Below the pieces are notes generated by a model. The model was given only the letters and a program-made list of their open reading frames with translations, ran no database searches and was not told the DNA's origin. Shown piece after piece: positions 26,718 through 36,648 of a stretch of 61,622 nt of DNA (its first letter is position 1; the number at the start of each line of letters is the position of its first letter). The position numbers and the translations under genes are program-made. Location of the stretch: positions 1 through 61,622 of the forward strand of contig MNZJ01000037.1 of assembly GCA_001873565.1 (NCBI GenBank), given 5' to 3'. The stretch comes from Candidatus Peregrinibacteria bacterium CG2_30_44_17. Its GTDB lineage: Bacteria > Patescibacteriota > Gracilibacteria > UBA1369 > UBA12470.

Positions 26718-27461
26718 ATGAGCGAAAAAAAACAGCAAGGGGGGGCTATTTGGATGCTAAGTACATTTGCACTTATAGGTGTTTTGATAGGACTTGGCAT
26801 ATCCTCTTTGAACGGATCGCCTGATGAGAGTGCAACGCCTACTCCGTCTGGCGTTCAAGATTCCGAGCAGTCAGCTTACGTGGCTCCCGGTATTGATGAT
26901 GATGCTATGCTTGGCGATGAGAATGCCCCTGTAACTATGATCCTTTTTAGCGATTATCAGTGTCCTTATTGTCAGTCATTCGAGACAGAGACAATGCCTT
27001 TTATTATAGAAGACTTCGTCGATACGGGTCTTGTTAGAGTCGTTTTTCGGGATTACCCTCTTTCTAGTCACGAGTACGCTCATGTTGCCGCAGAGGCTGC
27101 TGAATGTGTCGGCGATGATGATGATTTGTATTGGGCATACCATGATCTTCTTGTAGCCAATGCTGAAGAGTGGGAGTCTTACGATGGCGATCATTTTGAT
27201 CTGTTTTCGCAATACGCCGCTAATCTTGGCGTGGATCAGGACGCTTATTACGAGTGTCTTTCTTCCGGTTCTTACTATGACGAGGTCGATTCCGATGCTG
27301 AAGACGGATGGGCTTCAGGCGTACGAGGTACTCCTACGGTTTTTGTAAACGGCGAAATGGTCGTCGGTGCATTGCCTTACGAAGACTACGTTACATCTGA
27401 TGGCGTTACTCATGAAGGCTACGAGTCTATAATCACTAGAGTCCTGGAGGCGACCAAATAG
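26718..27461 (+). CDS. DsbA family thioredoxin-fold protein
   Basis: N-terminal TM, FSDYQCPYC, FRDYPL, GV.GTPT.FVNG. Confidence 0.93.
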   Translation: MSEKKQQGGAIWMLSTFALIGVLIGLGISSLNGSPDESATPTPSGVQDSEQSAYVAPGIDDDAMLGDENAPVTMILFSDYQCPYCQSFETETMPFIIEDFVDTGLVRVVFRDYPLSSHEYAHVAAEAAECVGDDDDLYWAYHDLLVANAEEWESYDGDHFDLFSQYAANLGVDQDAYYECLSSGSYYDEVDSDAEDGWASGVRGTPTVFVNGEMVVGALPYEDYVTSDGVTHEGYESIITRVLEATK

Positions 27462-27493
27462 GGCTCTTTATGGATATTCCTGTTCCTATTATG

Positions 27494-27531
27494 ACGCGGA
27501 ACTGATAAAATTGGTTCCGCGTTTTGGTTTT
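27494..27531 (+). terminator. Intrinsic terminator
   Basis: ACGCGGAAC...GTTCCGCGT followed by TTTGGTTTT. Confidence 0.7.
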
Positions 27532-27547
27532 AATGACGGATTACTAA

Positions 27548-28918
<1,371 letters not shown>

Positions 28919-29467
28919 ATGAAATTAATTCTCGGCCTTGGAAATCCTGGCAGCAAGTATGACGGAACTCGCCACAATGTCGGGTTTGGTTTTCTTGATC
29001 TCTTGAGAAGCGACCTTGGGCTTGATGAGTTCAAGACTAAGGCCAAACTTAAAGCATCTGTCTCGGAAGGGAATATCAATGATGAGAAGCTAATTCTGGC
29101 TAAGCCGGAGACTTTTATGAATCTCTCTGGTGAAGCGTTGGTTGCCTTAAAAAGCTTCTACAAGCTTGATTACGCTGACATCCTTGTTGTTTATGATGAT
29201 TACGACCTGCCGCTTTCCGAGATTAGGTATAGGGACAATGGGTCTGCCGGAACTCACAATGGCATGAGGTCATGTATAGAGCTCCTTGGCAGTGGCGATT
29301 TTCCGCGTTTGCGCATTGGTATCAATCCTGGATTCCCTGTGTCAGATCTTAGCAATTATGTTTTAGGACGTTTTACAGATGTGGAGTTGCCTAAAGTAAG
29401 AGATGCTCTGGATCAAGCTTTGCATGATGTAAAAAAAATGCTTGCAATTTCAGGAGAAAATGAGTAG
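28919..29467 (+). CDS. pth: Peptidyl-tRNA hydrolase
   Basis: GLGNPG..Y..TRHNVG, KP.TFMNLSG, HNG, RLRIGI. Confidence 0.97.
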   Translation: MKLILGLGNPGSKYDGTRHNVGFGFLDLLRSDLGLDEFKTKAKLKASVSEGNINDEKLILAKPETFMNLSGEALVALKSFYKLDYADILVVYDDYDLPLSEIRYRDNGSAGTHNGMRSCIELLGSGDFPRLRIGINPGFPVSDLSNYVLGRFTDVELPKVRDALDQALHDVKKMLAISGENE

Positions 29468-29506
29468 TTTAGTGAAGCTAATTTTCCGGATTTTAATATT
29501 TTTTAT

Positions 29507-29908
29507 ATGTTTGCAGTAATAGAGATCGGCGGTAAGCAGTACCAAGTTGAGGAGAAGGAAGAGCTCCTTATCGAGAAAATTGACGCCACAGAGGGTCAAA
29601 ATCTTACAGTTAAGACCGTTGTTTTGTTTGCAAAGAGTGATTCTGATGTCGAGGTTGGTATGCCTTACGTTCAAGGTGCTACTGTCGAGCTCAAAGTCCT
29701 AGAGGAGGTCAAAGGTGATAAGATCAGGGTTTTTAAAATGAAGGCTAAGAAGAGATATGCTCGAACTCAAGGTCACAGACAGAAATACTGGAATGTTAAG
29801 GTGCTAAAAATCACAAAAGTTGCCGGCAAGAAACCTGCTGCTCCAAAGGAGGACGACAAAGCTACTGAGGAAAAGCCTGCCAAGAAGAAAGCTGCTCCTA
29901 AGAAGTAA
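29507..29908 (+). CDS. rplU: 50S ribosomal protein L21 with Lys/Ala/Pro-rich tail
   Basis: MFAVIEIGGKQY, G.PYV.GA.V, GHRQ. Confidence 0.97.
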   Translation: MFAVIEIGGKQYQVEEKEELLIEKIDATEGQNLTVKTVVLFAKSDSDVEVGMPYVQGATVELKVLEEVKGDKIRVFKMKAKKRYARTQGHRQKYWNVKVLKITKVAGKKPAAPKEDDKATEEKPAKKKAAPKK

Positions 29909-29928
29909 ATAGCGGACGTCTTATTTTC

Positions 29929-30846
29929 CTAGGGAGTCCTTAGCTTCTTGATTACTTCTGCTAGTTCTTGCGGGAGCTTCGCTTTGAACGTGTGCTGTCG
30001 CCCGTTTTTATATTTGAACGTGATCTGTGAGGCGTGTAGGAACTGCCTGGTGAGTCCTAATTTCTCGAACTGTGCGTTTATTTTTGATTTGCCATATTTG
30101 TCATCCCCAATAACAGGGCTACCTATGCTAGAGAGGTGTACTCTGATTTGATGAGTTCTGCCTGTCTTGAGATCTACTTCCAGTAATGTTGCCGCTTCGA
30201 ATACTTCAATTGGTGAGAATTCCGTTATAGCCATTTTCCCTTGTCTCAAGATAGTCATATCTTTACGTTTGTTTGGATTTCGTCCAATTGGTGCCTCGAT
30301 TCGTCCTTTGTGATCTACAATTCCGCTTACCAAGGTGGTGTATAGTTTTGTGACACTTCGCTCTTCTATTTGCTTTGCTATGTTCAGGTGTGCTGCGTCG
30401 TTTTTTGCTATTACAATTATTCCTGATGTGTCCTTGTCTAGTCTGTGCACAATGCCTGGTCTTATCGGGTCGTCTTTTTTGCTTAGATTCTCTTTGAGAT
30501 GGTACAGTATTGCATTTACGAGAGTTTTTTCATTGTGGCCCGGGGCAGGGTGTACGACGGTTCCGGCTGGCTTGTTAATGATCAAATAATCCTTGTCTTC
30601 GTGGATAATATCCAAGTCTATTTTTTGTGGTTTGAGATGTGTCGGCTGGGGCTTGCTTAATATTATCTCTATTTCTTCATCTTGCTTGACCGGATAGTTC
30701 GGCTTGAAAGCTTCTTTGCCATTCACCTTCACTAATCCATCATGAATAGCTTTTTGGACTTTTTGACGCGTAAGCTGCTCGACTTGCCCAGTCAAGATCT
30801 TGTCTAGGCGTCCTGCTGACAATGATTTGAATATTACTTTTTTCAT
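29929..30846 (-). CDS. RluA/RluD family pseudouridine synthase
   Basis: S4 domain, NKPAG, HRLDKDTSG, TGRTHQIRVH, LHA. Confidence 0.95.
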   Translation of the reverse strand: MKKVIFKSLSAGRLDKILTGQVEQLTRQKVQKAIHDGLVKVNGKEAFKPNYPVKQDEEIEIILSKPQPTHLKPQKIDLDIIHEDKDYLIINKPAGTVVHPAPGHNEKTLVNAILYHLKENLSKKDDPIRPGIVHRLDKDTSGIIVIAKNDAAHLNIAKQIEERSVTKLYTTLVSGIVDHKGRIEAPIGRNPNKRKDMTILRQGKMAITEFSPIEVFEAATLLEVDLKTGRTHQIRVHLSSIGSPVIGDDKYGKSKINAQFEKLGLTRQFLHASQITFKYKNGRQHTFKAKLPQELAEVIKKLRTP

Positions 30847-30867
30847 GCTTTTATTATATACTCTAAT

Positions 30868-31030
30868 GAGACCTCTACGGAAGTCAATTAACTACTGCAA
30901 AATGATAAATTTGGCTGCAAATCCTTCAAAGCTCCTATCCGTATCTAAACTGATACGCCGTTGTCGCTTCTTGGTATTTTCGCACGAATTTATCGTTTTT
31001 CGCTACGTTACTGACTTCCGCAGAGGTCTC
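30868..31030. mobile_element. MITE copy 1 (IS5-like terminal inverted repeats)
   Basis: TIRs GAGACCTCTACGGAAGTCA / TGACTTCCGCAGAGGTCTC (18/19), flanked by a TAAT direct repeat. Homologous to 55688-55885. Confidence 0.8.
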
Positions 31031-31062
31031 TAATCTTAAATTTCCCCTAATATAAAATACTT

Positions 31063-32256
31063 ATGACTGACGATCAATTCAAAAGCCTGCTTGATAAGGG
31101 TACTGTCGATGTTATTGTGCGTGATGATTTGGAGACCAAGCTCAAGTCTGGCAAGAAACTGCGAATCAAGCTTGGCATAGATCCGTCAGGTGCCGACCTG
31201 CATATAGGTCATATGGTTGTAATCAAAAAACTTAAGGAGTTTCAGGATCTTGGGCATCATATTCTGCTTCTGTTTGGCAATTTCACAGGGCAGATAGGGG
31301 ATCCTACAGGTAAAACGGAGACCAGGAAGCCCAAGACCCAAGAAGAGCTCGAGAAGAATGCCGAGCATTATATTGACCAAGTAAGTAAAATCCTTGATGT
31401 CGATAAGATTGAGGTTGTTTGGAATGCTGATTGGCTTTCTCCACTGACTTTTGCGGATGTTATTAAATTGTCAGCGCATTTCACCGTAGCTCAAATGCTG
31501 GAAAGAGATATGTTTCAAGACAGGATCAAAAACAGCCAGCCTATCTCTATGCATGAGTTCCTATATCCTCTGATGCAGGGATATGACTCTGTTGCATTAA
31601 AAGCTGATGTAGAAATAGGCGGCACTGATCAGACTTTTAATCTGTTGGCTGGACGCACTTTGCAAAAAGCTTACGGGCAAGTGCCACAGAATATCATCAC
31701 TGTTCCTATTCTTGAAGGTCTGGATGGCAAGATCAAGATGGGTAAGAGTGAGGGGAATTATATCGGCGTCAACGAGGCTTCAAATGAGATGTATGGGAAA
31801 GTGATGTCGATTCCTGATAATCTTATCCTGAAATATTTTGAGTTGGCTACCAATGTCACTCTTGAAGAACTCGATTCTTTGAAATCGCAAATAGAATCAG
31901 GTGCAAACCCTAGAGATTTGAAAATGAGGCTTGGGCGTGAGATTGTCGCTTTGTATCACAATGAGTCGGCTGCCAAAGCTGCAGAAGAAGAGTTCGTTAA
32001 TGTTTTCCGCAACAAAGAGTTGCCGGAAGAGATAGAGGAAGTTTGTCTGAGCACCGAATCGTGGAATGTTATCGATCTTATATCTGAGTGTAAGATGGTT
32101 TCGTCTAAGAGTGAAGGTCGTAGGATGATAGATGGAGACGCCGTTAAAATCGATGGAGACAAGGTTTTTTCTATCGAAGACAATGTCACTCTTTCTAAAG
32201 AAGGCAAGCTTATTCAAGTAGGGAAGAGGCGTTTCTTGCTTGTCAAATTGGGTTAG
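31063..32256 (+). CDS. tyrS: Tyrosine--tRNA ligase
   Basis: GIDPSGADLHIGH, YPLMQGYD, GGTDQ.FN, KMGKS, S4 tail ending QVGKRRF. Confidence 0.97.
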   Translation: MTDDQFKSLLDKGTVDVIVRDDLETKLKSGKKLRIKLGIDPSGADLHIGHMVVIKKLKEFQDLGHHILLLFGNFTGQIGDPTGKTETRKPKTQEELEKNAEHYIDQVSKILDVDKIEVVWNADWLSPLTFADVIKLSAHFTVAQMLERDMFQDRIKNSQPISMHEFLYPLMQGYDSVALKADVEIGGTDQTFNLLAGRTLQKAYGQVPQNIITVPILEGLDGKIKMGKSEGNYIGVNEASNEMYGKVMSIPDNLILKYFELATNVTLEELDSLKSQIESGANPRDLKMRLGREIVALYHNESAAKAAEEEFVNVFRNKELPEEIEEVCLSTESWNVIDLISECKMVSSKSEGRRMIDGDAVKIDGDKVFSIEDNVTLSKEGKLIQVGKRRFLLVKLG

Positions 32257-32303
32257 ACGGGTCATAATCAGAGTACCTTTTGACCTCTTAATCAGATTTG
32301 CAT

Positions 32304-34046
32304 ATGTTCCACGAATCTTCTGGTAACAAGAAGATAGCTCTGGTGGATCTTGTATCGCTAAAGACTCTTCGACGGATGCAAGATAATTTGGCAAGCGCGC
32401 TAGGTGTAGCTCTTTGTATATATGACGTGTCTACGCATGAGCCGATTATGAAGCGTACTAACATGAGTACTTTTTGCGATAAAGCTCGTGGTCGTTTTGA
32501 TTTTGCCGAGTCGTGTGGCGTTACAGAGAAGGATTTTGAGCAAAAATGTGTAAAGTTCAGAAAACCTTTTGTATTCCAGTGTCATGCTGGCTTGTATGGT
32601 TTTACTGTGCCAATCGTTGTTAATGGATCTGTAGTTGCGTATTTCAAAGGCGGACAGGTTAGGCTGTCTAATCCAGACATAGAGCAGTGCAAGCATAATG
32701 CCGAGAAATACGGTATGGACTTTGATGAGTACCTTGAGGACTATTTAGCTTTGCCTTTGTTTAGTGAAGAGAAATTGGATGCGATGGTTGAACTTATCTC
32801 TGTAGTGTCCAATACGATTTCACATCTAGCTTTGTCTGGGCAGCTTGCCGAGAGTAAAGCTACTGAGCTTGTGCATCTAAACGACTTGCTTGAAAAAGAA
32901 GTGATGAATAAAACGGATGAACTTATGATGTCTGAGAAGCGTTATAGGTCTATCTTTGATAGAGCCTTGGATATTATCTACACCGTTGATGCAGATGGAA
33001 CTATCTCAAATATCAACAATGTGGTCACTCAAGTTCTCGGTTATGCGAAAGATGAGGTCATTGGTCACTCTTTCAAAGATTTTGTATGGGATGAAGATGT
33101 GCAAGTACCACTCGGTTCTTTTTTGGAGCTCAAATCTAGAGCAAGGACTGAGATCAAGGGGCTTCGTTTTAGACTCAAGTCCAAAGCTGGCAAACCTCTT
33201 TTCTTCGAGCTTAATAGCAGGGCTACGTATGATAGCGACGGCGATTTGAAGTATATAGATGGCATTATGCGTGATATCGATAGATCTCTGAAAACCGAGA
33301 ACGACCTAATGATGGTAAAAGAGAAGTATAAAGAACTTTTTGATTCCATGCGCGATGGTGTTTATATGACAGATGAGAAAGGATTTATTAGGGCTTTCAA
33401 CAAGGGTGCTCTGCGTATTCTTGGCTATGACGGAGTGGAGGAAATATTGGGTATGCCTATAACTGATATGTATACGGATTCTGATGACAGAAAAGATTTT
33501 TTGGCGAAGCTTGCAGAGCAAGGCTATGTTGAGGATTATTTGGTCCGTCTTAAGAAGAAAGATGGCACCTCTATATATGTTGAAGCCACTTCCAATGAGT
33601 TGCATGACAAGGATGGTAGGAGGAAGGGTGTTGAGGGCGTATTCCGGGATGTTACTGAAAAAATGGAACTAAAGAAGCAGTTTGAACTCATGCAGAGTTA
33701 TATAACTAATATGATTGAGCATGCTGGTTATGGAATTGTGGGGGTAGGTGCTGACAGAAAAGTCTTTGTGTGGAACAAGGGTGCGCAGGATGTGTTCGGA
33801 TACGAAGCTAAAGATGCGATAGGCCGAGACATAACTTCTCTGGTACCACGAGCTTTTAGGCAGCACAGGTCTCATCTTCTGAAGCGTGTGCTTGATGGTG
33901 AGGTTGTCAAAGACGTAAAAGGAGAGAGAGTCACGAAAGATGGTCAGCGCATCAATATTTCTGTTATGTTGTCGCCGATAAAGGATGCCGGTGGTAGTGT
34001 CATTGGTATATCTGCTATCTCACGAAAGGATTCTGACAAGCAGTAA
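32304..34046 (+). CDS. PocR sensory domain plus three PAS domains, no output domain
   Basis: PocR Cys pattern FC...SC...CHAGL...GGQ, then three PAS/PAC repeats (RDID, RDVT, SRKD), then the stop codon. Confidence 0.85.
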   Translation: MFHESSGNKKIALVDLVSLKTLRRMQDNLASALGVALCIYDVSTHEPIMKRTNMSTFCDKARGRFDFAESCGVTEKDFEQKCVKFRKPFVFQCHAGLYGFTVPIVVNGSVVAYFKGGQVRLSNPDIEQCKHNAEKYGMDFDEYLEDYLALPLFSEEKLDAMVELISVVSNTISHLALSGQLAESKATELVHLNDLLEKEVMNKTDELMMSEKRYRSIFDRALDIIYTVDADGTISNINNVVTQVLGYAKDEVIGHSFKDFVWDEDVQVPLGSFLELKSRARTEIKGLRFRLKSKAGKPLFFELNSRATYDSDGDLKYIDGIMRDIDRSLKTENDLMMVKEKYKELFDSMRDGVYMTDEKGFIRAFNKGALRILGYDGVEEILGMPITDMYTDSDDRKDFLAKLAEQGYVEDYLVRLKKKDGTSIYVEATSNELHDKDGRRKGVEGVFRDVTEKMELKKQFELMQSYITNMIEHAGYGIVGVGADRKVFVWNKGAQDVFGYEAKDAIGRDITSLVPRAFRQHRSHLLKRVLDGEVVKDVKGERVTKDGQRINISVMLSPIKDAGGSVIGISAISRKDSDKQ

Positions 34047-34098
34047 GACTTTTGTCTTTTTGTTTAAAATGAGTTTTTTTTGTAGTATGTTGATGTCT

Positions 34099-36057
34099 AT
34101 GCTTGATACTAAATTAAAAGAAGTTCTAAGTACTACGAAAAAGCATCTTTCTATGCTGTCGTCTCTTGGCATCGAAACTGTTCGAGACCTCTTGCTTTAT
34201 TATCCTCGTGCTTATACGGATGAAAGAGAAAGTACGCAGATAATCGACATGAAACTTGCTGATACGAATGTTGTTCAGGGCAGGCTTACTTCGTTCAAAA
34301 TGAGAAAGGGGAGGAATGGCATGTACATTGGAGAGGGGATTATCTCCGATGACACAGGTAGTATCCCCGTTATCTGGTTTAATCAGAAATATCTTGAGGG
34401 AGTTTTGAGAATTGGATCCAGGTACTATTTTTCTGGCAAATTGAAATACGACCGTGGTCGTAGTGTTTTTCATGGGCCTAAAGTTGAGCCTATATCTGAG
34501 GACGTCCTACATACTGGCAGGATTGTTCCTGTTTACCATGAGACCATGGGGCTGACTTCAAAATGGCTAAGGAGCAAGATCTACTCTGTTCTGCATTATT
34601 CTAAGGAATTCAGCGATGATTTGCCTGCTGCTATCAGGACAGAACTTGGTCTGGTTGAGTTGCCTTATGCTATCTCTCATATCCATTTCCCGCCGGACGA
34701 AAGTTCTCTTGAGAAAGCTCGCCGGAGATTGTCTTTTGATGAGCTTTTTTATTTGCAGCTCAAGTACATGAGAATGCGCAAGGCATGGAGGGATGGGTCT
34801 AACTCCCTAGTAATAGAACGTGCTGATGATGACATGAAGTCCTTCGTCGAGAAGCTGGGTTTCTCCCTAACACAAGCCCAGAGACGTACCTTGATAGAGA
34901 TCCTGTCGGACATGGGTAGGGGAGTGCCTATGTTGCGTCTTGTGCAGGGAGATGTCGGTTCTGGAAAAACTGTTATTGCAGCTTTGGCGGCCTTGAATGT
35001 TGTAAAAAATGGTTATCAAGTTGCATTCATGGTGCCAACTGAGGTGCTTGCGAAGCAGCATTTCCAGAAGCTACAGCCTCAATTTGAGAGACTTGGCATA
35101 ACAGCCGAAATTCTGGTGAGTGGGGTAGGTGATAAGCAGGCGATCTATGATCGGCTCAAGTCCGGTGAAATTGGAGTGGTGATTGGTACTCATGCTTTGA
35201 TACAGGAAAAGGTTGAGTTTCAAAATCTTGGACTAGCCATCGTTGATGAGCAGCATCGTTTTGGCGTTGAGCAGCGCAAAAAACTCGCCAGTCATGGTAC
35301 TCCGCACCTTCTTTCTATGACTGCAACTCCTATTCCACGGACTCTCGCTATGATTGTTTATGGCGATCTTGATATATCGATCATCGACGAGCTGCCTCCC
35401 GGTCGCAAAGAAATCATTACACGGATCGTAGAAGACAAGAAACGTGTTGATGCTTACAGATGGATCCGTGAGCAGATTGAAAGTGGTGACCAAGCTTACG
35501 TAATATGTCCTTTGGTTGATGATTCTGATGCTTTGGCCGAAGTTAAATCCGTAAAAGCTGAGTTTGAAAGATTGAACGAAGGTGCTTTCAAAGGCCTTGC
35601 AGTTGGACTCCTGCATGGAAAAATGTCTTCTCAAGAGAAGGATTCGATTATGAAATCTTTCAAAGATGGTGATATTAAGGTGCTGGTTTCCACTTCTGTT
35701 ATAGAAGTGGGAGTCGATGTTGCTAATGCAACAATCATGATGATTGAAGGAGCTGAAAGGTTTGGCTTGGCTCAGCTACATCAGTTCCGTGGACGTGTTG
35801 GGCGAGGAGGCAAACAGTCTTATTGCTTCCTGTTGCCATCCAAATTCACTCCTGAAGGAGTCACACGTTTGATGGCGCTTACCAGGCACCATAGCGGGTT
35901 TGACTTGGCTGATATTGATCTCAGTATGCGTGGACCTGGTGAAATATACGGGACACGTCAAAGCGGCATACCTGATCTCAAGATAGCTTCTTTTGCTGAC
36001 AGCGAACTTATTAAGCTGTCACGAGATATGGCTATGAGGGTTGTCGAGGGACAATAG
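34099..36057 (+). CDS. recG: ATP-dependent DNA helicase RecG
   Basis: OB wedge domain, QGDVGSGKT, DEQHRFG, MTATPIPRT, QLHQFRGRVGRG, RGPGE..G.RQSG. Start placed at ATG 34099. Confidence 0.97.
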   Translation: MLDTKLKEVLSTTKKHLSMLSSLGIETVRDLLLYYPRAYTDERESTQIIDMKLADTNVVQGRLTSFKMRKGRNGMYIGEGIISDDTGSIPVIWFNQKYLEGVLRIGSRYYFSGKLKYDRGRSVFHGPKVEPISEDVLHTGRIVPVYHETMGLTSKWLRSKIYSVLHYSKEFSDDLPAAIRTELGLVELPYAISHIHFPPDESSLEKARRRLSFDELFYLQLKYMRMRKAWRDGSNSLVIERADDDMKSFVEKLGFSLTQAQRRTLIEILSDMGRGVPMLRLVQGDVGSGKTVIAALAALNVVKNGYQVAFMVPTEVLAKQHFQKLQPQFERLGITAEILVSGVGDKQAIYDRLKSGEIGVVIGTHALIQEKVEFQNLGLAIVDEQHRFGVEQRKKLASHGTPHLLSMTATPIPRTLAMIVYGDLDISIIDELPPGRKEIITRIVEDKKRVDAYRWIREQIESGDQAYVICPLVDDSDALAEVKSVKAEFERLNEGAFKGLAVGLLHGKMSSQEKDSIMKSFKDGDIKVLVSTSVIEVGVDVANATIMMIEGAERFGLAQLHQFRGRVGRGGKQSYCFLLPSKFTPEGVTRLMALTRHHSGFDLADIDLSMRGPGEIYGTRQSGIPDLKIASFADSELIKLSRDMAMRVVEGQ

Positions 36058-36337
36058 ACTTTTCGAATTACACGCCTTGAGTCAAGGTGTCAAGCTTTTG
36101 GTATTTCTGATTTTCATTTTTTTTTAAATTTTTTCTTGTGGTTCTTGTGTTTAACAAAATCCATGCAAATGCATGTAATAAACTGGTTTTTACAAAGTTG
36201 TAATTTGATGGGTAGTCATTGTGAAACGCTTGAAATATTTATGTCTAAAATATGACTTAGACGTATCAAATGCCATGAAAAAACACACAGAGCCTTAAAT
36301 CGACAGTTTTGAGCTTTATGGCTTGTACAAGGGGTTT

Positions 36338-36554
36338 AGGGCAGGGCGCTAGTGTTCGTATTAGCTAGTAAGTGTATGTATTGCGGATGCCTGATGATTG
36401 TCTGAGACGGTACAGGCCTAAGGTTTGCACAAGATATATTGTGCGGGATTAAGTATGTCGCCCCACCTTCGAATAGATATGACTGATTTTCCTCGTTGTC
36501 ACCTGCTTTCGCAAGTATCGTCATTTCGGCTGCAACTTACCTAGCCCTCTCTCT
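36338..36554 (-). ncRNA. Candidate structured non-coding RNA (~215 nt), family unknown
   Basis: The 5' and 3' ends pair. Hairpin ACUUGC-GAAA-GCAGGU has a G.U pair only on the minus strand. Second hairpin GCACAA/UUGUGC. Confidence 0.45.
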
Positions 36555-36597
36555 TTGAATTAGAAAATCACTCCCTTATTCGTCAAACCGTGCCAGG

Positions 36598-36626
36598 TTG
36601 TTAGATCTGTTAATTTCTGGTATAAT
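36598..36626 (+). promoter_or_regulatory. sigma70-type promoter TTGTTA-N17-TATAAT (extended TG) for the giant ORF
   Basis: Exact 17-nt spacer; 22 nt upstream of the ATG at 36649. Confidence 0.65.
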
Positions 36627-36648
36627 GATATGAATTAACTTAAGTTCT

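Noticed and set aside
30800-31033. Paralogous small ORFs 30800-31033 and 55643-55891
   Set aside because: Their similarity comes from the shared MITE DNA, and both overlap real genes on the opposite strand.
36240-36265. Chromosomal dif site or integron attC
   Set aside because: No TTATGTTAAAT-like XerD arm, no evident strand-skew switch by eye, and the RYYYAAC/GTTRRRY cores are not intact.
36338-36554. RNase P RNA or c-di-GMP-I riboswitch identity for the candidate ncRNA
   Set aside because: GAGGAAAAUC resembles RNase P CR-I, but there is no P4 partner (GGCUUA-type CR-V). The GAAA hairpin lacks the flanking GGCAAA/GCAAAGC of the riboswitch.
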